From positions 1,980,001 through 2,012,000 of the forward strand of contig NC_002677.1 in the NCBI RefSeq assembly GCF_000195855.1: 32,000 nt of DNA, written 5' to 3'. Each line of letters begins with the position of its first letter. The first letter of the stretch is position 1. The stretch is from Mycobacterium leprae TN (GTDB lineage Bacteria; Actinomycetota; Actinomycetes; Mycobacteriales; Mycobacteriaceae). Below, piece after piece: positions 22,294 to 31,118 of the stretch. The notes below the pieces were generated by a model, which saw only the letters and a list, made by a program, of their open reading frames with translations, searched no databases and was not told the DNA's origin. The position numbers and the translations under genes are program-made.

Positions 22294-23037
22294 CTAGCGT
22301 GTCACGTAATCGTGCGTACCGGCCGCCGTGCGGAGCTGGTGGCGGCCGCGGCCAACCGAACGAAGCGTACCGTTGAGAAACTCTTCGAACTCGGCGAGCT
22401 TGTTGTCGACATAGATATCGCACTCGCCGCGCAGCCGGTCCGCCTCGGCGTGCGCCGTGTCGATCAGCCGGGTGGATTCGGCGTTGGCCGCCTGTACCAC
22501 CTCGTTTTGCGACACCAAGCGCTGCTGTTCCTTGATGCCCTCTTGGATAGCCTTTTCGTAGGAGATGTTGCCGTTTTCGATCAACCGGTCGCATTCGGAT
22601 TGGGCACGGTTGAGGCTGGCCTCGTACTCTCGCTTCGCTACTGTAGCGATGCGAATCGACTCCTCACGCGCATCCCCGAGCATCCGCTCACTGTGTTGAC
22701 GCGCCTCGCTTGCCATCCGATCAACCTGCGATTTCGCGTCAGACAGGATCCGATCAGCCTCCGCGCGCGCGTGACTCAACAATGACTCCGACTCAGTGGT
22801 CGCTGAGGACACCATGGAATCGGCATGCGCTTTGGCGTCGTTGAGCATCGCATCACGCGCGTCGAGCACATCCTGGGCATCATCCAACTCACCCGGGATC
22901 GCATCTTTGATATCGTCGATCAGCTCCAGCACATCGCCGCGAGGTACCACACAGCCAGCGGTCATCGGCACGCCCCGGGCTTCTTCGACAATGGCACCCA
23001 ATTCGTCCAGCGCCTCAAAGACTCGGTACACAGCCAT
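22294..23037 (-). CDS. sepIVA: DivIVA-like coiled-coil septal protein (Rv2927c/SepIVA homologue)
   Basis: An ATG at 23037, preceded by ccaggagggt, gives 247 aa starting MAVYRVFEALDELGAIVEEARGVPMTAGCVVPRG, followed by long coiled-coil repeats. The ORF track extends to 23136, but the extra 33 residues look non-conserved. Confidence 0.85.
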   Translation of the reverse strand: MAVYRVFEALDELGAIVEEARGVPMTAGCVVPRGDVLELIDDIKDAIPGELDDAQDVLDARDAMLNDAKAHADSMVSSATTESESLLSHARAEADRILSDAKSQVDRMASEARQHSERMLGDAREESIRIATVAKREYEASLNRAQSECDRLIENGNISYEKAIQEGIKEQQRLVSQNEVVQAANAESTRLIDTAHAEADRLRGECDIYVDNKLAEFEEFLNGTLRSVGRGRHQLRTAAGTHDYVTR

Positions 23038-23289
23038 ACCCTCCTGGCCTCGTTGGTTGTTACCAGTGTGCCTGCTGTTACCGCTGTCACGATGTTGCTG
23101 GCTCGGTGTGTCGGACATTATGGCCTGAACAGCCACCTATGTGGCCGACATGGCGGATCACATTATACTGGTTCGCGGTTGAAATTATACCTGTAGAGGG
23201 TACATGGTGACGCTCTGGCGCAGGCCGTCCACCGAATACCATCCGTGGAACGGCCGATGACCGCTACGCACTCTGGCCATCGCGGCCGA

Positions 23290-23930
23290 GCGGGAAGTGA
23301 CATCGTCATCGTATTCCTACACCGCTGCGGCGTTGGCTCGATCACTGTTCTGCAAGGGAGCTAACTTCTATCGCCGCCATGACATTTGAGATCAGCTACC
23401 ACCAATCTCATGGTGAAGTGAGTGATTGTCCTGGCCCTGCTGATGAATTGGCAATTCATCAGAGCAGAGCTCATCGGCGAGCTACCGATGATCATGATAT
23501 CTGGCCGTTTTACTCCGGCTGTTCGTGCGCTCTCGACTCATCGACACCGCCCGCCATCAGGCCATGGCATTGCTGACTCGATGAAAGCTGATGCCGCGAT
23601 GGACATGTCCATCGCGGCATGAGCTCCAAAGGCGATAACACACTGCGGTGACAACTGTTTTTGCCCCAGGGTTTTACCTCGGTCTCCCATGATGTTCATC
23701 ATGGGAGCGGCTAGCCACTGTAGGAGACCTCGTTGTCAAATCTGTTGCTCGCTGGTGTTATCGCCGCCTAGATACCCCAAATCATTTTGACAAAAATTCT
23801 TTTTCGCCTATTACCCAGTCAGGGTAGCACTGTGGGGGCCGATCGTGGCAATCAGCCGTTCCCGGCTTAATGCCGCATATCCAGCACAGTGCTGGGCTAG
23901 GAGCGCCGTCGACCGACCGGTTCGGAATAG
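23290..23930 (+). pseudogene. Possible type II thioesterase (TesA-like alpha/beta hydrolase) relic
   Basis: Weak fragments in several frames: DIVIVFLHRCGVGS (compare FPHAGG), EISYHQSHGE...PADELA (compare QLPGR...LADELA), ETSLSNLLLAG (compare ETKLSCPIYAF). The position is divergent from sepIVA, as tesA is in M. tuberculosis. Heavily decayed. Confidence 0.3.
23591..23620. repeat. Perfect 30-bp palindrome
   Basis: atgccgcgatggaca followed by tgtccatcgcggcat, an exact reverse complement with no spacer. Confidence 0.95.
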
Positions 23931-24035
23931 AACAGAACCACCGTAGTAAACCACCGTAGTAATAGTAGTCCGAGGTCGGAAAAGGCGACTAATGATCAAG
24001 GAGCAGCGAATTCGCAAAGGCATTAGGAGGTTATC

Positions 24036-25104
24036 ATGCCGGATGATGCGCCGCTGAATGGTGGTGCTCTGTGCAAGCAGGACCTGATGGACCCTAGCGG
24101 TAAGGATCGGAAATACAGGTCAAACGTCACCGATGGGCGACAGCCGATCCCGGCCACCGGTTCGATGATCTGTTCAATTCCGTCTCCGACCCAGTCACCT
24201 TGGTGGTGGCATTGATCGGGTAGCAACCAACCCGAGTGCCCGTACAACAGCAAGATCGAACGGGCTGACTGTGGACACCCGCATCAACTCCAAGGTGAAG
24301 TACCGATGTTCCTAGGAGGGCTACGCATACCGCTCAAAAGTGAGCAGTTCCAACCTCAACCGGTGCAGGATACACAAGATCCCCAAATCAAGCAGGTCGG
24401 GCAAGTTGCTGTTGCTGGAGATTCCCACGGTGGCCGACCATGTCGTCTTCCAGGTGACGCTAAAACTGTTGCTAGAAACCATCTTCGAGACCGACTTCAA
24501 GCCATTTTCCTGCGGGTTTCGGCCCGCCCAGCGCACACACGACGCCATCGCCGAGATCCATCTGTTGGCCACCCAGGAATACCGATGAGTGTTAGACACA
24601 GATATTTGAGACGTACTTTGACCACGTAGACCACCCGACCCCAATAGACCAGGTGCTCCAGCGGATCAAAGACAAGCGGGTGCTGCGGCTGGTCAAGTCG
24701 TTCCTCAAGGTCAGGATCCTCAGTGAACTCGGCGAACTACGAGAACACCCATATCAGCACGCCGCAAGACAGCCTCTTGGTCCCGCTGCTGGCCAACATA
24801 GCGTCGGCAGTACTCGATAAGCACCTACATATGCCGCGGAAACCGCGGCAACCAAGGTTGACCAGTACGCCGACGCCGTGGCTGGAAAGGACTGCCGAAC
24901 TGGCGCCTAGTTGGTTACGCGGACGATTTTGTAGTGCTGGTCAAAAGATCCCAAAGCCACATCGAAACACTACGCAAAGACATCACTTGGGCGCTCGAAC
25001 TAATGGGATTGCACCTATCCGAGACCAAGACCCAAACAGTACACATAAGTGAGGGGTTCGACTTTTTTGGTGCCACGTTCAGTGGCACCAAAAAACAGCA
25101 ATAA
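24036..25104 (+). pseudogene. Group II intron-type reverse transcriptase pseudogene, 3'-truncated
   Basis: An ATG at 24036 follows taggagg. Fragments in order: WATADPGHRFDDLFNSVSDPVTLVVA, KIPKSSRSGKLLLLEIPTVADHVVFQVTLKLLLETIFETDFKPFSCGFRPAQRTHDAIAEI, IKDKRVLRLVKSFLK, LLANIA, GYADDFVVLVKRSQSHIETLRKDITWALELMGLHLSETKTQTVHISEGFDFFG. There are multiple frameshifts and stops. The relic ends just after RT domain 7 and the thumb/X domain is absent. Confidence 0.8.
25063..25095. repeat. Perfect hairpin with a 14-bp stem (T6-GGTGCCAC / GTGGCACC-A6) and a 5-nt loop
   Basis: ttttttggtgccac, gttca, gtggcaccaaaaaa. The left arm is the RT codons for DFFGA. It lies 37 nt downstream of the coaD stop on the other strand. 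Confidence 0.95.
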
Positions 25105-25131
25105 CCCAAACCTAGTTTTTTGACCGCGGCC

Positions 25132-25614
25132 TTAACTAGTGCCGGACATCTTTTCCCGGAATCGGCGGTTCACCGATTCCGGCAATAGCTCTGAAACGTC
25201 GCCGCCTAGCATAGCAACCTCTTTGACCAACGACGACGATACGAACGAATACCGCGGCGCCGTTGCGACGAAGAAAGTGTCGACGCCTGCGATGTGTTTG
25301 TTCATCTGCGCCATCTGCAGCTCGTATTCGAAATCCACGCCGGTGCGCAGGCCCTTCACGATGGCTGTCATCCCACGGGACCTGACTAAGGCGACCACCA
25401 ATCCCTCTCCGGCCTCCACACGCAAGTTAGGCAGGTGCATCGTCGACTCATTGATCATCGCTATCCGCTCGTCGAGGTCGAACATGCCCTTCTTGACGGG
25501 GTTGATCAGGATCGCGACCACCACCTCGTCGAACTGAGCCGCAGCGCGTTCAAAAACGTCGATGTGGCCCAACGTCACCGGATCGAATGACCCCGGACAT
25601 ACCACACTGCTCAT
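25132..25614 (-). CDS. coaD: Phosphopantetheine adenylyltransferase
   Basis: Intact 160-aa ORF with [20 protein letters not shown] (the T/HxGH motif) and [20 protein letters not shown]. Confidence 0.95.
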   Translation of the reverse strand: MSSVVCPGSFDPVTLGHIDVFERAAAQFDEVVVAILINPVKKGMFDLDERIAMINESTMHLPNLRVEAGEGLVVALVRSRGMTAIVKGLRTGVDFEYELQMAQMNKHIAGVDTFFVATAPRYSFVSSSLVKEVAMLGGDVSELLPESVNRRFREKMSGTS

Positions 25615-25636
25615 GATCGAAACGCTACACGGCGGA

Positions 25637-26299
25637 TCAGGTCAGTTCGGCAAGCTCCAAACGGGTGTCACCGTACCCACGCGACTGCCACGAACTCCAT
25701 CCGGCCGGCCAGGTCAACGGCACGCTCGCGGCGCCACGTTCTATCACCGCGACGGTTCCCGGTCGCGCCCAGCCGTAGGTGGTCAACGTGGCCAGCACCG
25801 CTTCGACCTCAGCTGTGTCGATCGCATAGGGCGGGTCGGCCAGCACAAGATCCATCGGAGACGCGGTCCCGGCGGCCAGGACAGTGGCCACCGGGCCGCA
25901 GCGCGGCCTGGCACCAACTAGACCTAAGGCCGTCACGTTGCGCTCGATGACAGCAACAGTACGCTTGTCGGATTCCACGAACAGCGTCGACGCGGCTCCG
26001 CGCGACAGAGCCTCCAGACCGAGCGCACCAGAACCGGCGTAAAGGTCTAATACCGCCAGACCGGTCAGTTCCCGCTGCGCAGCCACGATGTTAAAAAGCG
26101 ACTCGCGCACCCGATCAGTGGTCGGCCTGGCCCCCCACTGCGGAACAACAATGCGCCTTCCCCGCGCTACGCCACCAATGATCCGGGTCAGCTCAGCACC
26201 ACCAGCAAATCTCCGCCCTCCATCGCAGCGGTACCAGACACTTCCACCCGCACCACGACAGCATCCTCCGGGGCAGTGATCAGAGCTTCCATCTTTCAT
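25637..26299 (-). CDS. rsmD: 16S rRNA (guanine-N2)-methyltransferase RsmD family (Rv2966c homologue); start uncertain
   Basis: The conserved core begins at [14 protein letters not shown] (codon at 26189-26191, CTG) and includes [31 protein letters not shown] and LADPPY. The first canonical in-frame start upstream is the ATG at 26299, preceded by cgagg. The ORF track runs to 26359. Confidence 0.8.
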   Translation of the reverse strand: MKDGSSDHCPGGCCRGAGGSVWYRCDGGRRFAGGAELTRIIGGVARGRRIVVPQWGARPTTDRVRESLFNIVAAQRELTGLAVLDLYAGSGALGLEALSRGAASTLFVESDKRTVAVIERNVTALGLVGARPRCGPVATVLAAGTASPMDLVLADPPYAIDTAEVEAVLATLTTYGWARPGTVAVIERGAASVPLTWPAGWSSWQSRGYGDTRLELAELT

Positions 26300-29200
26300 T
26301 CGCCTCGATGCTGGCGATGGTCTGGTCAATGTTGATTTTAGCACCAACAGACACTGCACACAGTGCCGACTCCGGCGAAGGGTGTCGCAATGTATCTGGG
26401 ATTACCGTGATCGGCCTTATCGGCGGCCGGAACCGAGTTGGTGATGCGGCGGTCACGCACCAGAATTGGCTTCAGCTGGTCATTGATGATACACATCACC
26501 ATTTGCATAACACGCTCGTCAGGATCAGAGATGGCCTCCAGCCCGATCATCAGCTCAAACCCACGTTCCAGTTCCACCCTGTTGCTCTTCATCCTGGCGA
26601 AGGCCGCAAAAGAACTGGTTGACCGACAATCGCGAAGTGTCACCGTAGGTTTTTCGATGCTCCTCGAATTCCTTTGCCAGAATCGGGAATAACAACCTAC
26701 TAACGTGGCTTGACGCTTAAGACTGGCCAGGGTTCGGGCACCTCATCGTCGCTGGCTAATTGCCGAATGGACTTGGCCGGAGCGCAGCCGGCCAGCACCG
26801 TCGTGAACAGCGGTTCCGACCAGCCGCCGTACGGATCACCAAGCTCGCCGTGCAGTAACCCCATCACCAAATCTGGGATGTCGAATATCGCACTGGATCC
26901 GAGTCAAATTCGTCTGCACTTACCTCAGCGCCAACCAACACCAGCGCCAGATAACCAGCCATCGTAAACGTCGGCATGACCTTAACCAATCTGTTCAACA
27001 CACGGTCGGCCCCCGCATAGGTCTTCTCGAATCGATTCACCAGACCCAGCGCAATCGCATGCTGACGCAGATTCGATAACTGGCTACTCAGAATCTCATG
27101 GTGATACGACCGTCCTGTCGGACAGGGTAGACCAGATTCGAAGAGTGCGTATACTTTTCGTAGAACTTCCCAGTACTGCTCCAATGCGCACGCGGCGAAG
27201 AGCGACAGATCGGTTTCGTACTCGCTGTGAGCTGCAGCAGCCACAATCGAGCTCAACGCAGGCTAGGCTGGTTGTTCCTGTTAGCGACAAGGCAGCACCG
27301 TCGACGGCGTCAGCGTGCCAAGCGGCCATATAGCTGACCAGCTGCCCACCCGGTGTGTCATGGATGTATACGTGCACGGACAGACCGAAACAACTGCGCA
27401 ACGCAACGACTAACCACTGTGCGCCCGGTGTCCGCAACAGTCCGGCCGTATCCTTGATGGCTAGCACGTGTGCGCCAGCACCCACGATTTGCTCGGCAAG
27501 GTTCAAACAGTAGTCCAACGTGTAGAGTCGCTCCCCCAGTTCGGACAAATCACCGGTGTAGAACATTGCGACTTTTGCTATTGCAGAACACTTTTCATGT
27601 ACCGGGTCGATCTCCTGGTGCATCGACTCAACATTGTTGAGCGCATCTAAAATTCGGAAGATGTCAACAACGATAGCTGTTGCATCCGCTACGAACACCG
27701 AGGTAACCACCTCCGGATACGGTGTGTAGCCAACCGTGTTCCGGCCCCACAGCAACATATGCAGACAGATGTTGAGCAGCACAACACGCAGCGCAGCCAG
27801 CCGCTCCCAGAGCGTCTCCTTGAGGAAACACGCAGTGCCACTTGGTACGTCGCACCTCCCCCAACACTCCATCGACCACAGCTGTGGCATTCTCCGGGCG
27901 AGATACTTTGCCACCCTAGCCAACCCGCCGACACTCACTCGGGTAGCCAGCAGCGATTAGTGGGTGACGCTAAACGTCGTATCGGTAACCCCTACTGCCG
28001 CCAATTCCCGCAACCAGCACGCAAAACGCTGGGACACCAACCCAACCAATCGCTGCTTAGATCCGTCGGTGGTGAAGCTTGCAGATCGATGTCGGGCAGC
28101 TTGTCGTGTAGGTACACCGTTGACGATCGCAAGCCATCCGGCCGGTTGACGGTGTCGGCTAGATAGTTGGGGATCTTGGTATCGCGATCGGCCGAGGCGC
28201 GCAGGGTCAACAACTGTGGCCACTCGTCGATGAACAATGTGGTGAGTCGGCCGGCCTGGAAATTCGGGTCATCCAAGACCGCGTGTAAGAAGAAAATACT
28301 CGTCGACATACCACGAATCCGGAACTCCGCAACCGCCCAGCACGCCCTGCCCACCGTCGTCGGAAAATCACGGCCCCAGTAGGTCAGCTTGACCAGCATG
28401 AAATCGCAGTCCGCGTTGACCGCGGCACCAGGGTTAGGGCTGTCGTCCAACCGGATGTCCACCCCACCGGGACTACGGTACACGCTGATCCAACCGGTAT
28501 CGGACCTAAAAACGTTAACCGGATCCTCGATGGTGATCCGGCGACAACACGACACCGTGCGGCCGAGTGTCTTGCTGGCCTAAATCCAGCTCGTCTAGCA
28601 ACGCTCTAACGGCAATCCACAGCTGGCTGAAGACCAGATCGACATCGACGATCTCCTCAGTTACGCTGCACTCCACCTGAATCCGCGGATTCATCTCGAT
28701 GAACACACACTGGCCATCCTCACCCAGTAGAGACTCGGCCAGGCTAACACTACGTGTACCCGATATGCCAGGCAAAAGCGACCACGTTGGCGAACATTTG
28801 TCACGCAATTCACGCGGGCAAGCCCGGTACGGACGCCAGCTCAATGACCTGTTGATGACGACGCTGCAAACTGCAGTCGCGCTGGTACACTAGATATTAA
28901 GCGTGGACAACGTTGCCGAGGTTGTCGGCAAGGATCTGCGCTTCGACGTAGTATGGTTGCAGTATTACCTGTTCGTGCGAGTATAGGCCGTCGAATCCTC
29001 GAACGCGGATTTGGGTTCTCGGCTGGCGGTTTCGCGCAGCACGCTCACATCGTTGACACGGCGCATACCTCGACCGCCGTCGGCAACCACTTTGACGAAC
29101 AACGGAAACCGGATGCCGATCTAGCCCGACTCGAGGGCCGACATCAGCGCATCGATCAAGACTAAATGGTGCCGACAAATGAAAACAGGCAGGCCAACTT

Positions 29201-29577
29201 CGCGGACCGCAGCGAACAATCACCCGGGACGTATTTCCTTTCAGCTTAAGCACTTCGGCGGTGGGGCCGACGTACGTGATGCCTACTGCCGCGCACACCG
29301 CAGCCAACTCTAGGTTCTCCGATAAAACTTAGCAAAAATAGACGGAGTCAATGTAACGAGCCGTGTCGACGATTTGATCGATGGACAGGTAAAGTCCGCA
29401 CCGGATGACCAACGTCGCCGATAGATAAAGTAAGACTCGTCACCTTAAGTCGATACTACAAATTGCGGTGCTCGTAAGGATACAATGCCACCGTGCCTAC
29501 ACCCGGTTCGTAATCAACACGGAAAACGCGGATCGGGATCTCCCTGAGATTAGCCGACCAACACTTTAGGAAAACAC
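26188..29577 (-). pseudogene. pca: Pyruvate carboxylase pseudogene, full length and collinear
   Basis: Fragments run from N to C terminus across many frames: VFS(stop)[160 protein letters not shown]. The 3390-nt span fits a carboxylase of about 1127 aa. Confidence 0.9.
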
Positions 29578-29600
29578 GCGTGCCCCTAAAAGCCAGTAAC

Positions 29601-30245
29601 TCATAAAAGTGTCTGCCAATAGTTCCAGAACCGCACCATGATCAGCAGAAACACCGTAATGAACCACAGAGTGGCAATCGACCATCGCCATTGGTAAATT
29701 CCCCGGGCTATGGCGCTGGTCCGGCCAGGCAGGACCTCGAGCAGCGGACGAAACACGATGGCGGTGACCACCACCAGTAGCGACACGCTGACAGCCCAGA
29801 TCACCATGCAGTAGGCGCACAACGCCCCGATGCGGTACAGACTCTGAAAGATCAGCCAATGCACAAACCCCACACCAGCCAACGTACCAACCGCCAATCC
29901 AATCCAATACCATTGCGGCAGTGATACTTCCGCGACCGACAGCACACCGGTGACAGTCACCAACGTAAAGCCCACAATACCCAGCAACGGATTGGGGAAA
30001 CCCAATACAGACGCCTGCGGTGTGCTCATTACCGAGCCGCACGCGACGATCGGATTGACATTACACGACGGCACGTAAGCCGAGTTGAGCAAAATCCTGA
30101 TCTTCTCAACGGTTAACATCATCGAGGCGACCAAGCCAATCACACCCGCAATCAGCACCCACCATGCGGTGGGCACCGGCATCGGCAACACGCTAGCCGG
30201 AGCCGGTTTCAGGTCGCCGGGACGCTCGACAGGTTGTGCTGACAC
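29601..30245 (-). CDS. vkor: Vitamin K epoxide reductase family membrane protein (Rv2968c homologue)
   Basis: Intact 214-aa ORF with a GTG start and multiple hydrophobic spans. It has the loop cysteine pair SCNVNPIVAC and the active-site CAYC. The start is 8 nt after the DsbA-like stop. Confidence 0.85.
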   Translation of the reverse strand: MSAQPVERPGDLKPAPASVLPMPVPTAWWVLIAGVIGLVASMMLTVEKIRILLNSAYVPSCNVNPIVACGSVMSTPQASVLGFPNPLLGIVGFTLVTVTGVLSVAEVSLPQWYWIGLAVGTLAGVGFVHWLIFQSLYRIGALCAYCMVIWAVSVSLLVVVTAIVFRPLLEVLPGRTSAIARGIYQWRWSIATLWFITVFLLIMVRFWNYWQTLL

Positions 30246-30253
30246 CGCGTAAG

Positions 30254-31048
30254 TTACGTTGTCGTAGCAGTGACAGCCACGTCGATGCCCGGGACGGCGC
30301 CCACGATTGCTTTAATCTTGGCCACCAGTGCTTCGGGTGTCAACGGGTCGTATTCGTCGCCGTTGATCTTGATCGTCGGGGTTGCCGAGATCTTCGCGAG
30401 CGCTGCTTCTGCGGTGACCTTGGCCAGGTACTTCCCGCTGTTAATACAGTCCGGGACCTTCCCAACCACGCCGGCTTCCCGCGCGATTTCGATCAACTTC
30501 GCATTCTCAGGGAAACTGCTCGCAAGTTCACTGGGTTGGAAGCTGCGACTGTACAACGCAGCACGGAACCGACGGTAAGCATCCATGGATTCATCGGCTA
30601 CGCACAAGGACGCCGCACCTGCCCGTGACGGATAGTTATGGTTACGTGGGTGGTCAAGAATGGACACCACGGAGTAATCGGCCGCAATCGCACCGATGTC
30701 GATGAGCTTGGACACCGTAGGCCCAAAATTCCGCTCGAAATCACCGCACCCCGGGCACAGGAAGTCCTCGTAAAAAGACATCACGACCTTGGGGTCGTGG
30801 GTGCCGGGCTGGGTGACTAACTTGCTCGAAGTCACCCGCACCGTGTCACCCGAGCCGGTCAGCGGGGCCGCGCCATCTTGCTTGGCATGCTGCGATTTCA
30901 TGACGGCGAAGACGACGACAACCGCGAAGATCGCGACAATCACAGTGCCGGCGATCACGACAGCCCGGCCAGACCGGCCGTCTACCGACTTTAGGTCGAA
31001 TCGCTGAAGACGTTTGCGGTTATCGGCCACAGGTTCGCTGATCCTCAC
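30254..31048 (-). CDS. dsbA: DsbA-like thioredoxin-fold oxidoreductase with an N-terminal membrane anchor (Rv2969c homologue)
   Basis: Intact 264-aa ORF with a GTG start, one N-terminal TM segment (AVVIAGTVIVAIFAVVVVFAV) and the CPGC active site in FYEDFLCPGCGDFE. Confidence 0.85.
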   Translation of the reverse strand: MRISEPVADNRKRLQRFDLKSVDGRSGRAVVIAGTVIVAIFAVVVVFAVMKSQHAKQDGAAPLTGSGDTVRVTSSKLVTQPGTHDPKVVMSFYEDFLCPGCGDFERNFGPTVSKLIDIGAIAADYSVVSILDHPRNHNYPSRAGAASLCVADESMDAYRRFRAALYSRSFQPSELASSFPENAKLIEIAREAGVVGKVPDCINSGKYLAKVTAEAALAKISATPTIKINGDEYDPLTPEALVAKIKAIVGAVPGIDVAVTATTT

Positions 31049-31118
31049 GTGCTCGATTTGGCCCGATCACGATCGGGCGACGGCGTCTCTAGAGTACCGG
31101 CGACGGTGAATTGGGTAA

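Noticed and set aside
23038-23136. N-terminal extension of the sepIVA ORF (MAVQAIMSDTPSQQHRDSGNSRHTGNNQRGQEG).
   Set aside because: The ATG at 23037 has a strong aggaggg Shine-Dalgarno site and gives the length expected from Rv2927c. The extension is low-complexity and probably untranslated.
23936-23961. 13-bp tandem duplication aaccaccgtagta x2.
   Set aside because: It is real but only two copies in decayed DNA, most simply a slippage duplication. No further significance can be supported.
23640-24035. Possibility that the structured region upstream of the RT (hairpin 23684-23707, 9-bp long-range pairing 23826-23834 with 23885-23893) represents group II intron ribozyme domains I-III.
   Set aside because: I could not find a GUGYG 5' end, and there is no domain V/VI downstream (only 27 nt before coaD). 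The same DNA gives faint thioesterase-like coding fragments. The stems are short enough to be chance.
27096-28555. Large ORFs 27096..27938 (280 aa) and 27992..28555 (187 aa) that could be mistaken for intact genes.
   Set aside because: They are consecutive fragments of the pyruvate carboxylase pseudogene (carboxyltransferase and biotin carboxylase C-terminal regions). They lack their own starts and domain completeness.
29566-30628. ORFs 29566..30042 (-), 30236..30628 (+) and 30270..30578 (+) overlapping vkor and dsbA.
   Set aside because: They are alternative-frame or antisense shadows of two well-supported genes.
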